A stretch of DNA of 64,000 nucleotides, taken from Saprolegnia diclina VS20 (taxonomy: Eukaryota). Positions 35,825 to 47,444 of this stretch are shown here, piece after piece. Numbering within the stretch: position 1 is the first letter of the stretch; each line of letters begins with the position of its first letter. The translations under genes and the position numbers were made by a program. The stretch lies in contig NW_008246131.1 of the NCBI RefSeq assembly GCF_000281045.1, forward strand, positions 142,149 through 206,148, read 5' to 3'. Under the pieces are notes generated by a model. The model made no database searches and had not been told where the DNA came from. It saw nothing but the letters and a program-made list of their open reading frames with translations.

Positions 35825-37783
35825 CTACGACTTGAGCGGTGCTAAAATGGCTTTGCGCCGGAGCGGGTTCATCTTGAGGTGCTACAACCGCCGCCGTTGA
35901 CACAATCATGTACATGAGCAAGTGTACTTGATCGAGGCGCTGGCCAAAGACAACGATGGCGGGCTTGTACTGGATAACCTCCCCGACGTACTCTTGCTCC
36001 CGCTGCCACAAGCAACATTGAATTTGACTCTCAGGGAACGCGATGGCGTACCTCGAGTAGTTTTTGCTTGGCTTCGAGCAGCCGCTTGGCGCGGGCTTCC
36101 GCCACCGGGTTCTAGAAGACCATAATGGATCCTTCGTCATCACGTGACGCTAGCAGCGTTGACCCACCGCGAGCTCAAACTCACATTTCGGCACAAACAC
36201 TTGCTTGCCCTGGCCACGTACGACTCGGTTGTACCGTTGCAGAAGCATTGAGCGTACCTCGTCGTCCGCCTCGAGCGTCAAGCTGCTCAAGCTCTGGGTT
36301 TGTCGCAGTGGTCGGTTGAGGTGGTCCAGCCACGCCTTGTGCTGTTCTTTGTGCACGTTGTACGTTTGGTGCTCCTTGTCTGAGAGGCGCAGGGCGACAC
36401 CGAGGCGGCGTCCTTGCAGCCCCGAGTACTGGTACTTGTCCATAATCTATCAATCGTCCGTCAACTCGATACACCGATACTTAGCTGCACGCTACAGCGC
36501 GGACGGGGGCGCTAAACGCGAGGTCCGCTTTCTCCAAGTGACCGTGGGCGTACTTGCGCTGGGGAACGTCCATCATTCGCAGCGCCTCGGCCGCGCTCGA
36601 GGCCTACACATCTATATGCACATGTGTACTGACGTGGCGTGCCCACCGTGTCGCTTGCCGCGGTTTCGATCTTGAATTCGGCAAATGCCACACTCGAGAA
36701 CGCCGCATCTTCGTCCGAGAGCGAGTCTTCTTCGTTGCTGTCGTCGCTCCCAAGGTCTTCGGTGAGGCCGCGCTCGTCGTCTGCGAGCTCCCGCACCATG
36801 AGATTGGGCTTTGGCGCGTGCTTGAGCTTCTTCTTTTTACTAGCATTCGTGGATACAACTTATTAATTGGCGTGCGAATAGAGTATGTACATTTCAACGC
36901 GCCAGGATTTCCAGCACGCGCTTTTCGCGGTAATACCAGTCGTCCAGACGCACGCCGTGTGGATCAGCGACTGCCGCGCGAGGCGGCGCAGCTGAAACAC
37001 GAATTCAGGGTACGATTTTTGCGCCACCTTGTACACGGTGCGGGAGACGAGGTCTAATCCAACCAAACTAGAAGCCATGTACGATACCAGAACGACGCTC
37101 ACAAGGGAAGAAGTCGAGGAACTCGTCGGCGGCGCCGGTGGGCAACGTCACATTGTGGACTTTGGTGAGCAGCTTGCCGTAGAGCACTAGTTGAACGAGG
37201 CATCGTCTACCGTAGAGCAAACGTTCGTCGAGTGGAGAGGCCTACCTGCGACAGACCCTTGGGCGTGGGCGTGCAAAAGATCGAGAAAGCTATGGCCGTC
37301 ATGCTCGCCCATGGCAAAGAACGCGATGCTGTAGTGCCAAAAGACATCAGCCGTCAAGCGCACGGCGAGTGGCGACTGGAAGAAAAACTTGGTGTAGAAG
37401 TACTCGGTCCTAATCGATGAGTTGTTTCCGGTATGTTGAATGGCCTCGTCGTCGTCGGTTGTGTACCACTCGGAGGCAAACGTGAGGCGCCGCCGTATCG
37501 CGCGCCGCAGCGAGTCGACTTTGATGTCGACGGGAATGACTGGCAGCGTGCCGTGGCGCTCCAGATGGTCCTGACATTGCCGCGAGAGCTGCTCGAGCAT
37601 GGCTTGCTTGCGCGTCCAGCCCATCTTGCGACGAAGGCGGCTCTGAACTCTAGAGTGTGCATGAGATACCACGCATCCCAGCTCTGGATCCGACTTGGTC
37701 TTGAACTTGTGGGTTTGGATCACGCTCGTGGCCACGTGCGGCAGGCCCTCGTGCGCCGACGGCGCGTCGGACTCGGCGTCCAT
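35825..37783 (-). CDS. FAM227-like (FWWh-domain-like) multi-exon protein
   Basis: LTADVFWHYSIAFF..LYGKLL..DEFLDFFPYLVSRTVYKVAQKSYP..SLIHTACVWTTGI follows the FAM227 pattern. Chain of short minus exons ending ..ILAPLKS*. Boundaries are approximate. Confidence 0.6.
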
Positions 37784-38578
37784 TCGCCCAAATCTGGTTT
37801 GAGGGGCTATTTTGGGCCGGACCATCTGTCTGACGTGGCAGCACGAGGCGCCGGCAGCGTCATGGTGATCGCAGAGCAGCTGCGCGTTCGTTTGGCTTCT
37901 CGTGGTCAGCAAGGTTCGTGGCTCGTCTTGGCCACGTTGCACCTTGGCACATGCGTACAGCTAGTGAATCGTCGAGCCATTCACCGAGCGCTAAATTTTG
38001 AGATTTTCGGCGGCGTGTTGAGCCATGCATACCTCTGCGCACGCTAATGGAACGCAACTTTGGTCCACCAAGAAGGACTGCGGTTGTGTGTTGCGTCTCG
38101 GGAACGGCGGACCCCACAGGCCGTTTCTGTACGGCTGAGATAGGAATGACAACCATAGTACAACTACTCCGCCGCAGACGACGTGCGCGGTGGCAAGCGC
38201 TAGCGTGCGTGCAGCAGTAACATCTATGTCTGCAGGATCCGGGTACGAACGCTAGCTACCAATGCAAAGGCAAGGCAAGGCATGTCAATGAACTGGTTCG
38301 AAACTCACCGGAAAGTGGCCGGATCTCGCCCTTCTTCAACTGCCACCTGAGTGGACCCGAGGTATAATGGGCCGCCCTCGCTACGGCGCTAGAGAGCCGC
38401 TCTCTGTACTATAGCGTGTACTAGTATACGTTTGAGGCGCTTTGTGTCGCTGCTGGCTTGAGTAGCCCGGCGCCGCCTTGGCGTGATTGCTACCCGATTT
38501 GGCGTTGGGTGGGACTCTAAATGCACGCAACTGATCGGCCCATCTCCGTCTCCGTTTCAGCATTTCCCAAGTGTCTCG

Positions 38579-39916
38579 ATGTGGTTCAAGGCCAAGCCAG
38601 CCAAGTTTGCCGCGTTCAAGCAGCAGCTGGCCGAGGACCCGACGAACAGCAGCCGTCGGTCGAGCCTTGCCGACAACAACAGCAGCATTCTCCTGCGCTC
38701 GCAGCGCCAACTCCCTACAACCTCATCCAGCCGGGGCTTTGCCAAGGAGATCGAAAAGTTCTGCCTGCCCGAGCGCCGCACGTCGACGCTCACGGCGTCC
38801 ACGCTGAGCGTCGACTCGGAGCAGCACTCGTGGAGCCCCGCGCCGCGCCACCGGCGGTGCGTCTCGTACGAGCCAAGCCTCACCGAACATGCGCACAGCC
38901 TTCGCCACAGCGTCACCACAAGTCGGAACGAGCCTTGCGTCGATGTCATCCACCTTGACAACGCGTCCAATGGACCCGCTCCGATCATCGTCGCAGCGTC
39001 GTCCAAGCCGTCGCACCGGCGCAGCGCGAGTCTCGGTATCCACGCTGCCTTTGGTGCGTATACGGCACCGCGCTCGTACACGGTCGAGCTGCCCGCCCAC
39101 ATGCACCTCGGCGTCTGCTTGGAAGAGCGCGACGGCGCCTACGTCGTGCACAGCGTCCATGCCACAACAAGCGGGTCGCCCGATGTCTTTACCATTGCGG
39201 TCGGCGACGTTCTCGTCGCGATCAACAACGCGCCACCGTTCGCGGCTTCACCGCTGGCGCTCGTGCTGGACGGTAGCCACGTGTTTTGTTTGCCGCCGAC
39301 CGAAGTGGCAAGGACCTTTATCTTTGAGCTCTCGACCGCCGCGGGGCGCCGGCGACCCGCACCGACCGCGGCGATCGACGTGCTCTGGCTACCGCACCAG
39401 ACGCTCGGGCTCGTGCTCCACGCCGACAGCGACAACGCCACCGTCATCGAGCGCATCGTCCACGCGCGCAACCCGGGCATGCGGCACCTCGCGGTTGGCT
39501 ACGTCTTGCAATGCATCAATGGCGAGTCAACGCGCGGCCGAACGTTCCCGGACGTCTGCGACCGGCTCGCTGCCTTGTCCAAGCCCGCGCTTCTGAGGTT
39601 CGCGCCGCGGTCCGAGCTCACGACGCCACTTCGCATCGCGAGCGGCTGCCTCTACCACGTCGTGTGGAGCGGCGTTGCGCCGCTGCAGATTGCGCTCTCC
39701 AAGCGCGACCCGAGCCCCGTTGTCGTCCGGACGCGGGCCAGTAGCGACGTTTCCTACCAGTCGACCACCCCGGGCACGCGCATCGAGGTCGGCGACGAGC
39801 TCATCAAGCTCAACTACCGCAGCGTGATCGATTGCACGTACGACACGATTCTAGCCGAGCTTCGCAGCGGTCCCAAGCCCATCATCCTCACCTTCTTCCG
39901 CCCCATCGCACCCTAG
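38579..39916 (+). CDS. Protein with three PDZ-like domains after a Ser-rich disordered N-terminus
   Basis: HLGVCL..IAVGDVLVAINN, TLGLVL..LAVGYVLQCINGES, PLQIAL..IEVGDELIKLNYRSV..KPIILTF. Confidence 0.8.
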   Translation: MWFKAKPAKFAAFKQQLAEDPTNSSRRSSLADNNSSILLRSQRQLPTTSSSRGFAKEIEKFCLPERRTSTLTASTLSVDSEQHSWSPAPRHRRCVSYEPSLTEHAHSLRHSVTTSRNEPCVDVIHLDNASNGPAPIIVAASSKPSHRRSASLGIHAAFGAYTAPRSYTVELPAHMHLGVCLEERDGAYVVHSVHATTSGSPDVFTIAVGDVLVAINNAPPFAASPLALVLDGSHVFCLPPTEVARTFIFELSTAAGRRRPAPTAAIDVLWLPHQTLGLVLHADSDNATVIERIVHARNPGMRHLAVGYVLQCINGESTRGRTFPDVCDRLAALSKPALLRFAPRSELTTPLRIASGCLYHVVWSGVAPLQIALSKRDPSPVVVRTRASSDVSYQSTTPGTRIEVGDELIKLNYRSVIDCTYDTILAELRSGPKPIILTFFRPIAP

Positions 39917-40001
39917 TACTACCTATTCTTATATAACTCTTATTGTATTAAAGTCACTCAAACCAAAATACCCCCAACCCAAATGTATCAATGTTTCAAG
40001 C

Positions 40002-42197
40002 TTACACGGCGCCGTACGAGCCATGACCATCCGAATCATTGGCGTGGATGATGTTGAGTGTCGTGAGCGCCGCCGGTGTGATCGCCCGGCGCTTGGCCAC
40101 GTCCGTGTCGGCGACGACTTGGTCGAGGACCTTGGTAACGAGAAAGGCTTGGCGCTTGAGCTGCTTGGCGACAGCAGCTGGCACGTCGTCGATGCACATG
40201 GCGAGGACTGCGCGGAAGAGAAGCACGATGGTCACAAAGCCAACAAAGAGCGCGAGGTCCCAGTACGGTCGGTTGACGTTTTGCCACAGATACACGTCGA
40301 TGACGTCGCCGAGGTACCCGTGCGTGTAGAAGATCACGTACGCGTTTGAGACAATCGAGAAGGTCACCATGTTCTCCAGCACGTCGACCCAGAGCCCGAG
40401 GCCATCGGCGTTGCGGGGCACCGGCCGGCGGCAGTCGACTGTGAGCCGGTAGCCGTCAACGCGGATCTCAATCACGTTGTTGACGTACGAGAGAAGCGGC
40501 GTGAGCGGGAAGGCAATCACAAAGAAGGTCGAGTACCCAAACTGGAGGACCATCTCGAGGGTGTCGTCGAACGAGCCCTTCCAGCCATACTCAGTCTGCA
40601 GAAACTGCTGCTCAGCCCGCGACCGGAGGTCGACTTCGCAGCGTGCGACCGTGCGGTGCCCGAGGAGCTTGTTGTACAAGCGTGGCACCCACACCTCCTT
40701 GACGTTGCCAACGACGATCTGGACGCCGTAGATGATGATGAGCGAGTAGCGGAGCTCCCAGAAGCAGTCGTCTTCCCAGCATTTGCCTTCGATCGGCTTC
40801 TTGAGCACCGCGACGTACACGAGCGCCATGTACGAGTTGACAAAGTTGAAGAGGATGCTCTTGACGAGATAGTGATTTTCGTACGCCGAGTCGGTCGCGT
40901 GGTTCTCATACTCGTTCATGCGGAGGCTTAGGCGGTCGTAGATGCGGTACATGAGGTTCATCTGGACGACGTTGACACAGGAGCAAATCGGCGAGCTCAA
41001 ACTCAGCTCGTGGCCCGAAATCGTAACGCTGCACCACGTCGGGTGCGTCTGCGTGAGGTAGTAGCGTAGATAGAACACAAGCGCCACGATAGCCATGTCG
41101 ACCAGAATGAGCGCAAGAAGTATCGCCCACGACACGAGTTGGCGCCAGAGCTTCTCAGCCTCGGAAAAGTACTTGATCGGGGCGCCGGTGATCGAGCAGC
41201 TGGCCGGAACACCCTGGAACGACGGCCGGACTTGCTCGACTTCTTCGATGTTGGTCGTGCCCCACTGCAGCGCGAGCGTCGCGGTCTGGCGCTTCCAGCT
41301 CTCGAGAAAGAGCGTCGACCAGAGCACGACAAACGCGCCAAAGAGCGGGACGGTGTACACTTGGATGAGGTAGAAGCTTGCGGTCGCATTGCCCGACACG
41401 AAGTGCAGCAGCGGCGTCTTGATGGACGCCTCGAGGAGGAAGACGCCGAGGCCAACGAGCGCCGCAATGAGAAGCCAGTTGGAGTAAAACACCAAGTACG
41501 CAAAGTAGAACCCGATTCTGCACCCAAAGTAGTTTTTGACTGCGTGCACGGGCGTGTGCCACGTCATGTACGTCATTGACGTGAGCGCGTCACGCAAGAG
41601 AGGTCGCTCGACGTCGTCGTGCAGCGGAAAGCAGTCGAGGATCACGCCTTGGGCCTTGAGCGCCTCGAGATTGAGCTGCGCGACGTTGACGATGAGGCTC
41701 TCGAGGAGCAAGAGGCGCTTGGTTGACGAGAAGAAATGCTCATGACTGTGCGGCTCGTACAGCGCTTGTGCGTGTGGCGCGACGTCGTACTTCATGTGGA
41801 TGTGCTCGTACGGCGTGTACGTGTCTGTCGCCAGCTGCGCGATCGCAAACGACTCGATGAGGCGGCCGTCCGTGCCGATGAAGCCCGACTCGGCGATGGC
41901 GCGGAGCTTGACCGCGTTCATTGGCATCGGGAGGTTAATGCGCGCGGCCTCGGACGCCAAAAAGGCGTGCGTCGTGCGCAGCTTGCAGATGATGAGCGAC
42001 GGCGTCTTGGTCGCGGTCGAGAGACTTGCCGAGTGGAAGAGCTTGGTCTCGATGCCGGCGCTGTAGAGCCGCCCGAGGATCTCGAGCGCGGCTGGCTGGA
42101 GCGTCATCGTCGACGCGTCGACGGTCGCGTCGTCGTTTGGAAACACGAGCGCGTAGGCCCACGGGTCGTGCTTGCAGAGCGGCTGCGTCTCGGCCAT
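40002..42197 (-). CDS. Anoctamin/TMEM16 family protein, single domain, Ca2+ site intact
   Basis: WAYALVFPN, VKNYFGCRIGFYF, YENHATDSAYEN, GNVKE, FDDTLEMVLQFGY, NNVIEIRVDG. Intronless. Confidence 0.95.
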   Translation of the reverse strand: MAETQPLCKHDPWAYALVFPNDDATVDASTMTLQPAALEILGRLYSAGIETKLFHSASLSTATKTPSLIICKLRTTHAFLASEAARINLPMPMNAVKLRAIAESGFIGTDGRLIESFAIAQLATDTYTPYEHIHMKYDVAPHAQALYEPHSHEHFFSSTKRLLLLESLIVNVAQLNLEALKAQGVILDCFPLHDDVERPLLRDALTSMTYMTWHTPVHAVKNYFGCRIGFYFAYLVFYSNWLLIAALVGLGVFLLEASIKTPLLHFVSGNATASFYLIQVYTVPLFGAFVVLWSTLFLESWKRQTATLALQWGTTNIEEVEQVRPSFQGVPASCSITGAPIKYFSEAEKLWRQLVSWAILLALILVDMAIVALVFYLRYYLTQTHPTWCSVTISGHELSLSSPICSCVNVVQMNLMYRIYDRLSLRMNEYENHATDSAYENHYLVKSILFNFVNSYMALVYVAVLKKPIEGKCWEDDCFWELRYSLIIIYGVQIVVGNVKEVWVPRLYNKLLGHRTVARCEVDLRSRAEQQFLQTEYGWKGSFDDTLEMVLQFGYSTFFVIAFPLTPLLSYVNNVIEIRVDGYRLTVDCRRPVPRNADGLGLWVDVLENMVTFSIVSNAYVIFYTHGYLGDVIDVYLWQNVNRPYWDLALFVGFVTIVLLFRAVLAMCIDDVPAAVAKQLKRQAFLVTKVLDQVVADTDVAKRRAITPAALTTLNIIHANDSDGHGSYGAV

Positions 42198-42494
42198 GGC
42201 TTGAGAAACTGCAAATTGACGGTCAAGATTTGCTTGCGCGCAAAAGATACGGCCATGGGATTGGTCCATTTATCGACGATGTCTGCAAGGCCATTGGGTA
42301 CAAGAAGAGCATCGCGATGCCATTGGCTGAAAAAGATGAACGTCTTTTGCACCACATCAACTTGACCATGCACGCGCCGGACTCGACCGATTCGGCCGAG
42401 CACTTCTTCGTCGTCCATCGCAGGTCGTACGTCGTTCAACACGAAACATCGAGATGCTTGGCTTGCGTTAATATATAGAGAGAGCAATCACTGG

Positions 42495-45400
42495 CTAGAC
42501 AAAGCCTTCTTCCTCTTCGTCGTCCGAGACGTGGTCCTCGTCGTGGACGTCGCTGACGCGCTCGCTGCTCATACTGCTGCCGCGACGCAGCAAGAGCATG
42601 CTGGTACTGCCCGCGTTCTTTGGCGCTGGGTCGGCGAGGTACATGGGTTGATCCAGCAAGATGCGCTCGACGACAAACGACTGCCGCTCCAGCTGCGACG
42701 TGACGCGCAGCGGCAAGTCGGAGAAGAGGACGTTGACCGCAGACCGCAGCAAGAGAAGCACTATCAAGAGGCCGCAAAAGCCGTCCATCGACTGGAGCAC
42801 GTTCAGCTGGTCGTGCGTGTCCAGAATGTGGCTCGTGTACACGACCAGATACGCGTTGGCGCCAATCGCCAGCGTGAGCACCCACTGCAGCATGACCAGA
42901 TACCACTGGCGCGCGATCGGGCGCGGCCGCGGGCGGCGCACATACCCCGTCAGCGTCAGCGCCTGGAGCCGCATCTCGACAAAGTGGTGGCCAAAGCCGA
43001 GGAGCGGCGCGAGCGGACACGCGACGACAAAGAGGAGCACGTAGCCAAAGTGCAAGACGCGCTGCAGGTGCGCGTGGACCAGCAGCGTGCCATCGAGCTC
43101 GCCCTGCGAAAACTGCGCTTCGGTCGACCGCGACGGCGCCGACGGCAGCGCAAATGCAAGCACGCTCGAGGCCACCCGGTACACAATCTGCACGCCGTAG
43201 AGGACGTACAAGGCCGTGCGCAGCGTCGGCAACAGGAGCGGGTCGGGCACGAGGGCGAAGAGCGCGCCGAGGCTCCCAAAGCAGTTGAGGATCATGAAGA
43301 TCGCTGCCTTGAGCACATATGCGTCTTCGTGCGAGAGGTCGGTCCGGTGGTTCTCGTACGTTGTGAGCGCAGCGCAGATCGGGCCAAAGACCGCGTCCAT
43401 CAAGAGCAGCCAGAGACCTTGAAGGAACGGCACGCTGAGCGTCGGCTGCAGAAGCAGCGCATTCTCGCCGGCGTAAAAGAGGCCGTAGACCCCGCCGGCG
43501 TTGACGACGATGACTGCGAGAAGCGCCATCCAGCTCAACGCGAGACGAGCCAGCCGGGCGTTCTTGCGGAAGTACTTCATCTTTTGGCCCGTGACCGGGT
43601 TGCGGATAAAGTCGCCAGCGTACGCAGCGCGCACGAGAGGCACTTGCGGCTTGCTCACGCCGTCGTCGGTCGTGAGGCCCCACTGCAGCTCGAGAATCAC
43701 CTTGGCGCGCGTCCAGTGCTTGATGTACAAGGTCGCCCAGACCACCATGGCGACGCCAAACACCGGCAGACCAACCGCATCGACGAGCGGCGACGCGTCA
43801 AACGCTTCCGCGAGCACGAGCGCGATGCCACCGACGGCCGCGACCGCGAGCCACTTGGTTGCGTGCCCGAGGTAGCCAAAGTACATGCCGACGGCCGGGC
43901 CAAAGTAATTTTTGATCGCTTCGAGCGGCTGCGCAATGCTCCAGCCGCGCCACGTCGTCTCCAACCGGCGCAGCTCCGGCTCGTCATGGAGCGGGTATGC
44001 GGCAACGAGCACGTGCGACGCAAGCAGATCGTCGAGCTGAATGTGCTGGGAGAGGAGACTGTCAAGGAGGACCGCGCGCTGCTGCGGGAAGAACGCCGAG
44101 TGCGAATTCGTCGGCGCATAAATGTCTTGCCATTTCGAGAGCCGCAGCGGCGTGTACGGCATGTGCAGATACTGGTACGGCCGGTACTTGAAGCGCTTGG
44201 CCAAGAGGTTGTATCGCGGGTCCGGCGTCCCGAGGTAGAACGGTACAATGTCCACGTCGGGCGTCGCAATGATAAAGCGCTCGAGCGCATCGACGAGCGG
44301 AAGCACGAGCGACGACGGGTGGCGCGCGCGGAACTCTTGGTACGCCTTGTACGGCGTGCTCGCAGGAATCGCGAGCAGCCACTGGCACTCGTCCAAGAGC
44401 ACCGTCACGTTCGGGAAGAGCTTGTCCGAGTCAAACTCGGCCACGTAGTCGTGCATGTGGAACCACTTGAGGGGCGAGTCGGCGTTGCGCGCTACGAGCT
44501 GCAACGGCGAGACGTCGCAGTGCAAAAGGAGCTGCTCCATGAACCACACGCAGTGCCCGAGGTTGAACTTCCACGCGTGCTGTTGTTGGTAGAGCTCGTT
44601 GAGCGGCGCTTGGGCGCGGAGCCACTCGAGTTCGTGGACCATGTGGCGCATGATGCGTTCTTGCGAGATCGTCGCCGATGGCTCGACCGGGGCGTCCAAG
44701 TGGCGGACGCTGCGCAAGACGGGCGCCGCGCCACCGAGCCAGCTCTCCATGCGGTAGAGGCAGCTCTCGAGTGCATTGTCGTCGTCGCGAAACTGCTCGC
44801 CGTCAATGTCCACATCGAGACGCTCCTTAAATTCGTGCAAAAGCGCTTCGAGCGTCAAGCGCTGGTCGGCGCGGACGTCGCGGTGGTCGAGCGCGGCCAA
44901 GAACGACTCGAGCTTCTCCGCCATCATGCTCGTCGTGCCGTGCATCGAGTCGTGTTCGAGGTCGCCGAGGAACGCCGGTTGCGTGAGCATGTTTTGCAGC
45001 AGCAACACAAGGTGCACACGCTGCGCTTCGGACCGGAGCCGGTCGACCATATCGACGAGCCGGCCGTGGAGCGAGTCAAACACCCCTTCGTGCGCCTTGT
45101 CCTTGAGCACCATCTCGTCGAGGAGCATCGGGAGGCGGATGCGTGCGGCCTCGGCGGCCAGTTGGCCTTCGGTCGCGCGCACTTCGCAAAACACGTGCGA
45201 CGCCATGTACGTCGACTGCTTCTCGTCCGACGGGTACACCTTGTACTGCAGGCCGGCCGCGTCGAGCTGCGCGAGGACCGCATTCATCGCGAGCGGGTCG
45301 CGGCAGCTCGGCCCTTCGGGGTTGGGAAACACGAGCGCATAGTCGAACCGGTGCGACGTGGACGACTTGCTCTTCTCCATGTGCGCGGGCCACCCAAACG

Positions 45401-47444
45401 CCTTGTAGTAGAGCTTGGCGACGTAGTACGCTTGCCGCTCGCGCTGGAGGCGGACGCGCGACGGGACGTTCTGGTACGCGACCGTGATGAGGAGGCGGAA
45501 GCACACAAAGGCCGCGATTAGCGACCACGTGAGCGATGACGCGTCGTTGTCACCACTCGCCGTGCTGTTGACAAGGCGCGGGCCATCGGCGCGGTTGATC
45601 TGCACGAGGAGCGCGGCGTTGGTGCAGAGCGCGATCGTGAGCACAACGTGGAGCACGACAAGCCACGGGCCGAGCGTGGCGGCTTCGCGCGGGCGCGGGC
45701 GGCGGCTAAAGAAGAGCAACTTGGAGCTGTTGAGGCGCATCTCGAGAAACTGATGCAGCAATGCGAGCACAGGCACGAACGGCGTCACGACAGCGAGCAG
45801 CGTCGCAAAAGCAAAGTGCAGCACGAGCGTCAAGTGGTCGCGGGCGCTCTCGTATGCGCCGTAGGCAGCCATCGCAAACTGCTTCTCCATCTCGGGCGAC
45901 GATGCAAAGCTCGAGGCAGCGTCGCCGGCCTTGGCTTGCACAGCGAGCATACGCGCATTGTAGAGCGACATACCATGGTGCAGCAGAATGAGGAGCCCGT
46001 ACACGCGGTAGATGAGCCACGGGAGGTCCGCGATGGGAACTGGCGCGAGAAACGCTGCGTACAAGATGGCGGCAAAGGCGTTGACGAGGCCGACGACCAC
46101 CGACTTGAGGAGGAACGCGAGCTCGTACGTAGCCTCGGTCGAGTGGTTCTCGTAGTCGTTGAGCCGGACGCTAAGGAGGTTGTACACATGACCAAACGCC
46201 GCAATTTGCGCGACGATCAAGAGCGCGAGCAGCGTCGTGTTGCCCTGGATCCACGACGACGACGAAGTCGCGTACAAGTCGACGATCGTGCCGCCAACGA
46301 CCGCCGCGCCGACGACGAGCAGCAGCACCGCGCCCCAGCTGAGCGAGTAGCGCAGGAGGCGCTGGTAGAGCTTGGTCGGGATCTGCGGGAGGAGCACGGT
46401 CTTGCGGACGCGGTCAAAGTCCGACATGCCCCACTCCATTGCGAGCACGGCGTTGCGGCGCGACCAGTGCTTGAGGAAGAACGAGCCCCACCCGAGCATG
46501 AGCACGCCGTAGATCGGGAGCACGTAGTGCAGCACGGTCCAGTCGGCGTACGGCGCAGGGATCGAGACAGGGTACAGCTGCCAGAGCGTGATCGCGAGGC
46601 CGAGCAGCGCCGGCCCGAGAAGCCACGTCGCGTAGTGGCCCGAGTAGGCAAAGTAGAGCGCAATCTTGGGCCCATAGTAGTCGCGGATCTGAACGAGCGG
46701 CTGCTTCCACGGCCGCCGGCACCACGAGAGGAGCGACCGCTGCAGCGACGCCTTTTGTGGACGGTTGTGTAGAGGGTAGCACGCGAGAATAACGCCCTGC
46801 GTCAAGAGGTTCTCGAGGTCGAGGCCCGCGCCGCCGCCATGCACGTTGGTCAAGATGCTCTCCATGAGCTGCATGCGGTGGATGACCGAGAAGAATTCGC
46901 CGTCGTGGGGCGCGTAGATCGACGGCGGCTCATGCTTGGCGTACGGCATGTAGATACAGTCGTACGGCGGGTACCGCGGCCGCTTGAAATGGTCGAGGAA
47001 CGTCAGTGGCGGGTTCTCGACCGCGAACGGCTCAATGTGATGGCTTGCCAAGCCCGACGTGGCCACCTGCGCGAGCTCGGTCGCGTCGAGCAGCAGCGGT
47101 AGGTGCACGCGTGCAGCCTCCTTCTGTAGCCGCTCCGTGTCGGCGCGCAGCTTGCAAAAGATGGCTGACGTCGATGGCACCTCTTCGTAGCTCAAGCCTG
47201 CCTGGTGCAAGCGGTGCAGAATGTCTTGCTTCGTCAGCGACCCGATCGCCGGCGGCTCGTGCGGGAAGGCCATCACATAGTCGTAGTCCTCGTCGTCGCA
47301 GGTCACGGGCAGCGCTTCATGCGAGCCGTAGCTTGATGGGGGCGTCGGCTCTTCGCTCGGCTCGGGGGGCACGAGCGGCTCGCGCTCCTCCCGCGTCGAC
47401 GACGACGACGTGCTTGCGGACGTCGGCGATTTCCGCGCTTCCAT
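42495..47444 (-). CDS. Tandem (two-protomer) anoctamin/TMEM16 protein A, about 1649 aa
   Basis: A single ORF contains two full motif sets: YDYVMAFP..IRDYYGPKIALYF..YENHSTEATYE..RRPRP, then FDYALVFPNP..IKNYFGPAVGMYF..YENHRTDLSHE..RRPRP. Confidence 0.92.
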   Translation of the reverse strand: MEARKSPTSASTSSSSTREEREPLVPPEPSEEPTPPSSYGSHEALPVTCDDEDYDYVMAFPHEPPAIGSLTKQDILHRLHQAGLSYEEVPSTSAIFCKLRADTERLQKEAARVHLPLLLDATELAQVATSGLASHHIEPFAVENPPLTFLDHFKRPRYPPYDCIYMPYAKHEPPSIYAPHDGEFFSVIHRMQLMESILTNVHGGGAGLDLENLLTQGVILACYPLHNRPQKASLQRSLLSWCRRPWKQPLVQIRDYYGPKIALYFAYSGHYATWLLGPALLGLAITLWQLYPVSIPAPYADWTVLHYVLPIYGVLMLGWGSFFLKHWSRRNAVLAMEWGMSDFDRVRKTVLLPQIPTKLYQRLLRYSLSWGAVLLLVVGAAVVGGTIVDLYATSSSSWIQGNTTLLALLIVAQIAAFGHVYNLLSVRLNDYENHSTEATYELAFLLKSVVVGLVNAFAAILYAAFLAPVPIADLPWLIYRVYGLLILLHHGMSLYNARMLAVQAKAGDAASSFASSPEMEKQFAMAAYGAYESARDHLTLVLHFAFATLLAVVTPFVPVLALLHQFLEMRLNSSKLLFFSRRPRPREAATLGPWLVVLHVVLTIALCTNAALLVQINRADGPRLVNSTASGDNDASSLTWSLIAAFVCFRLLITVAYQNVPSRVRLQRERQAYYVAKLYYKAFGWPAHMEKSKSSTSHRFDYALVFPNPEGPSCRDPLAMNAVLAQLDAAGLQYKVYPSDEKQSTYMASHVFCEVRATEGQLAAEAARIRLPMLLDEMVLKDKAHEGVFDSLHGRLVDMVDRLRSEAQRVHLVLLLQNMLTQPAFLGDLEHDSMHGTTSMMAEKLESFLAALDHRDVRADQRLTLEALLHEFKERLDVDIDGEQFRDDDNALESCLYRMESWLGGAAPVLRSVRHLDAPVEPSATISQERIMRHMVHELEWLRAQAPLNELYQQQHAWKFNLGHCVWFMEQLLLHCDVSPLQLVARNADSPLKWFHMHDYVAEFDSDKLFPNVTVLLDECQWLLAIPASTPYKAYQEFRARHPSSLVLPLVDALERFIIATPDVDIVPFYLGTPDPRYNLLAKRFKYRPYQYLHMPYTPLRLSKWQDIYAPTNSHSAFFPQQRAVLLDSLLSQHIQLDDLLASHVLVAAYPLHDEPELRRLETTWRGWSIAQPLEAIKNYFGPAVGMYFGYLGHATKWLAVAAVGGIALVLAEAFDASPLVDAVGLPVFGVAMVVWATLYIKHWTRAKVILELQWGLTTDDGVSKPQVPLVRAAYAGDFIRNPVTGQKMKYFRKNARLARLALSWMALLAVIVVNAGGVYGLFYAGENALLLQPTLSVPFLQGLWLLLMDAVFGPICAALTTYENHRTDLSHEDAYVLKAAIFMILNCFGSLGALFALVPDPLLLPTLRTALYVLYGVQIVYRVASSVLAFALPSAPSRSTEAQFSQGELDGTLLVHAHLQRVLHFGYVLLFVVACPLAPLLGFGHHFVEMRLQALTLTGYVRRPRPRPIARQWYLVMLQWVLTLAIGANAYLVVYTSHILDTHDQLNVLQSMDGFCGLLIVLLLLRSAVNVLFSDLPLRVTSQLERQSFVVERILLDQPMYLADPAPKNAGSTSMLLLRRGSSMSSERVSDVHDEDHVSDDEEEEGFV

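Noticed and set aside
42531..45521. 996-aa plus-strand ORF
   Set aside because: Antisense shadow of tandem anoctamin A.
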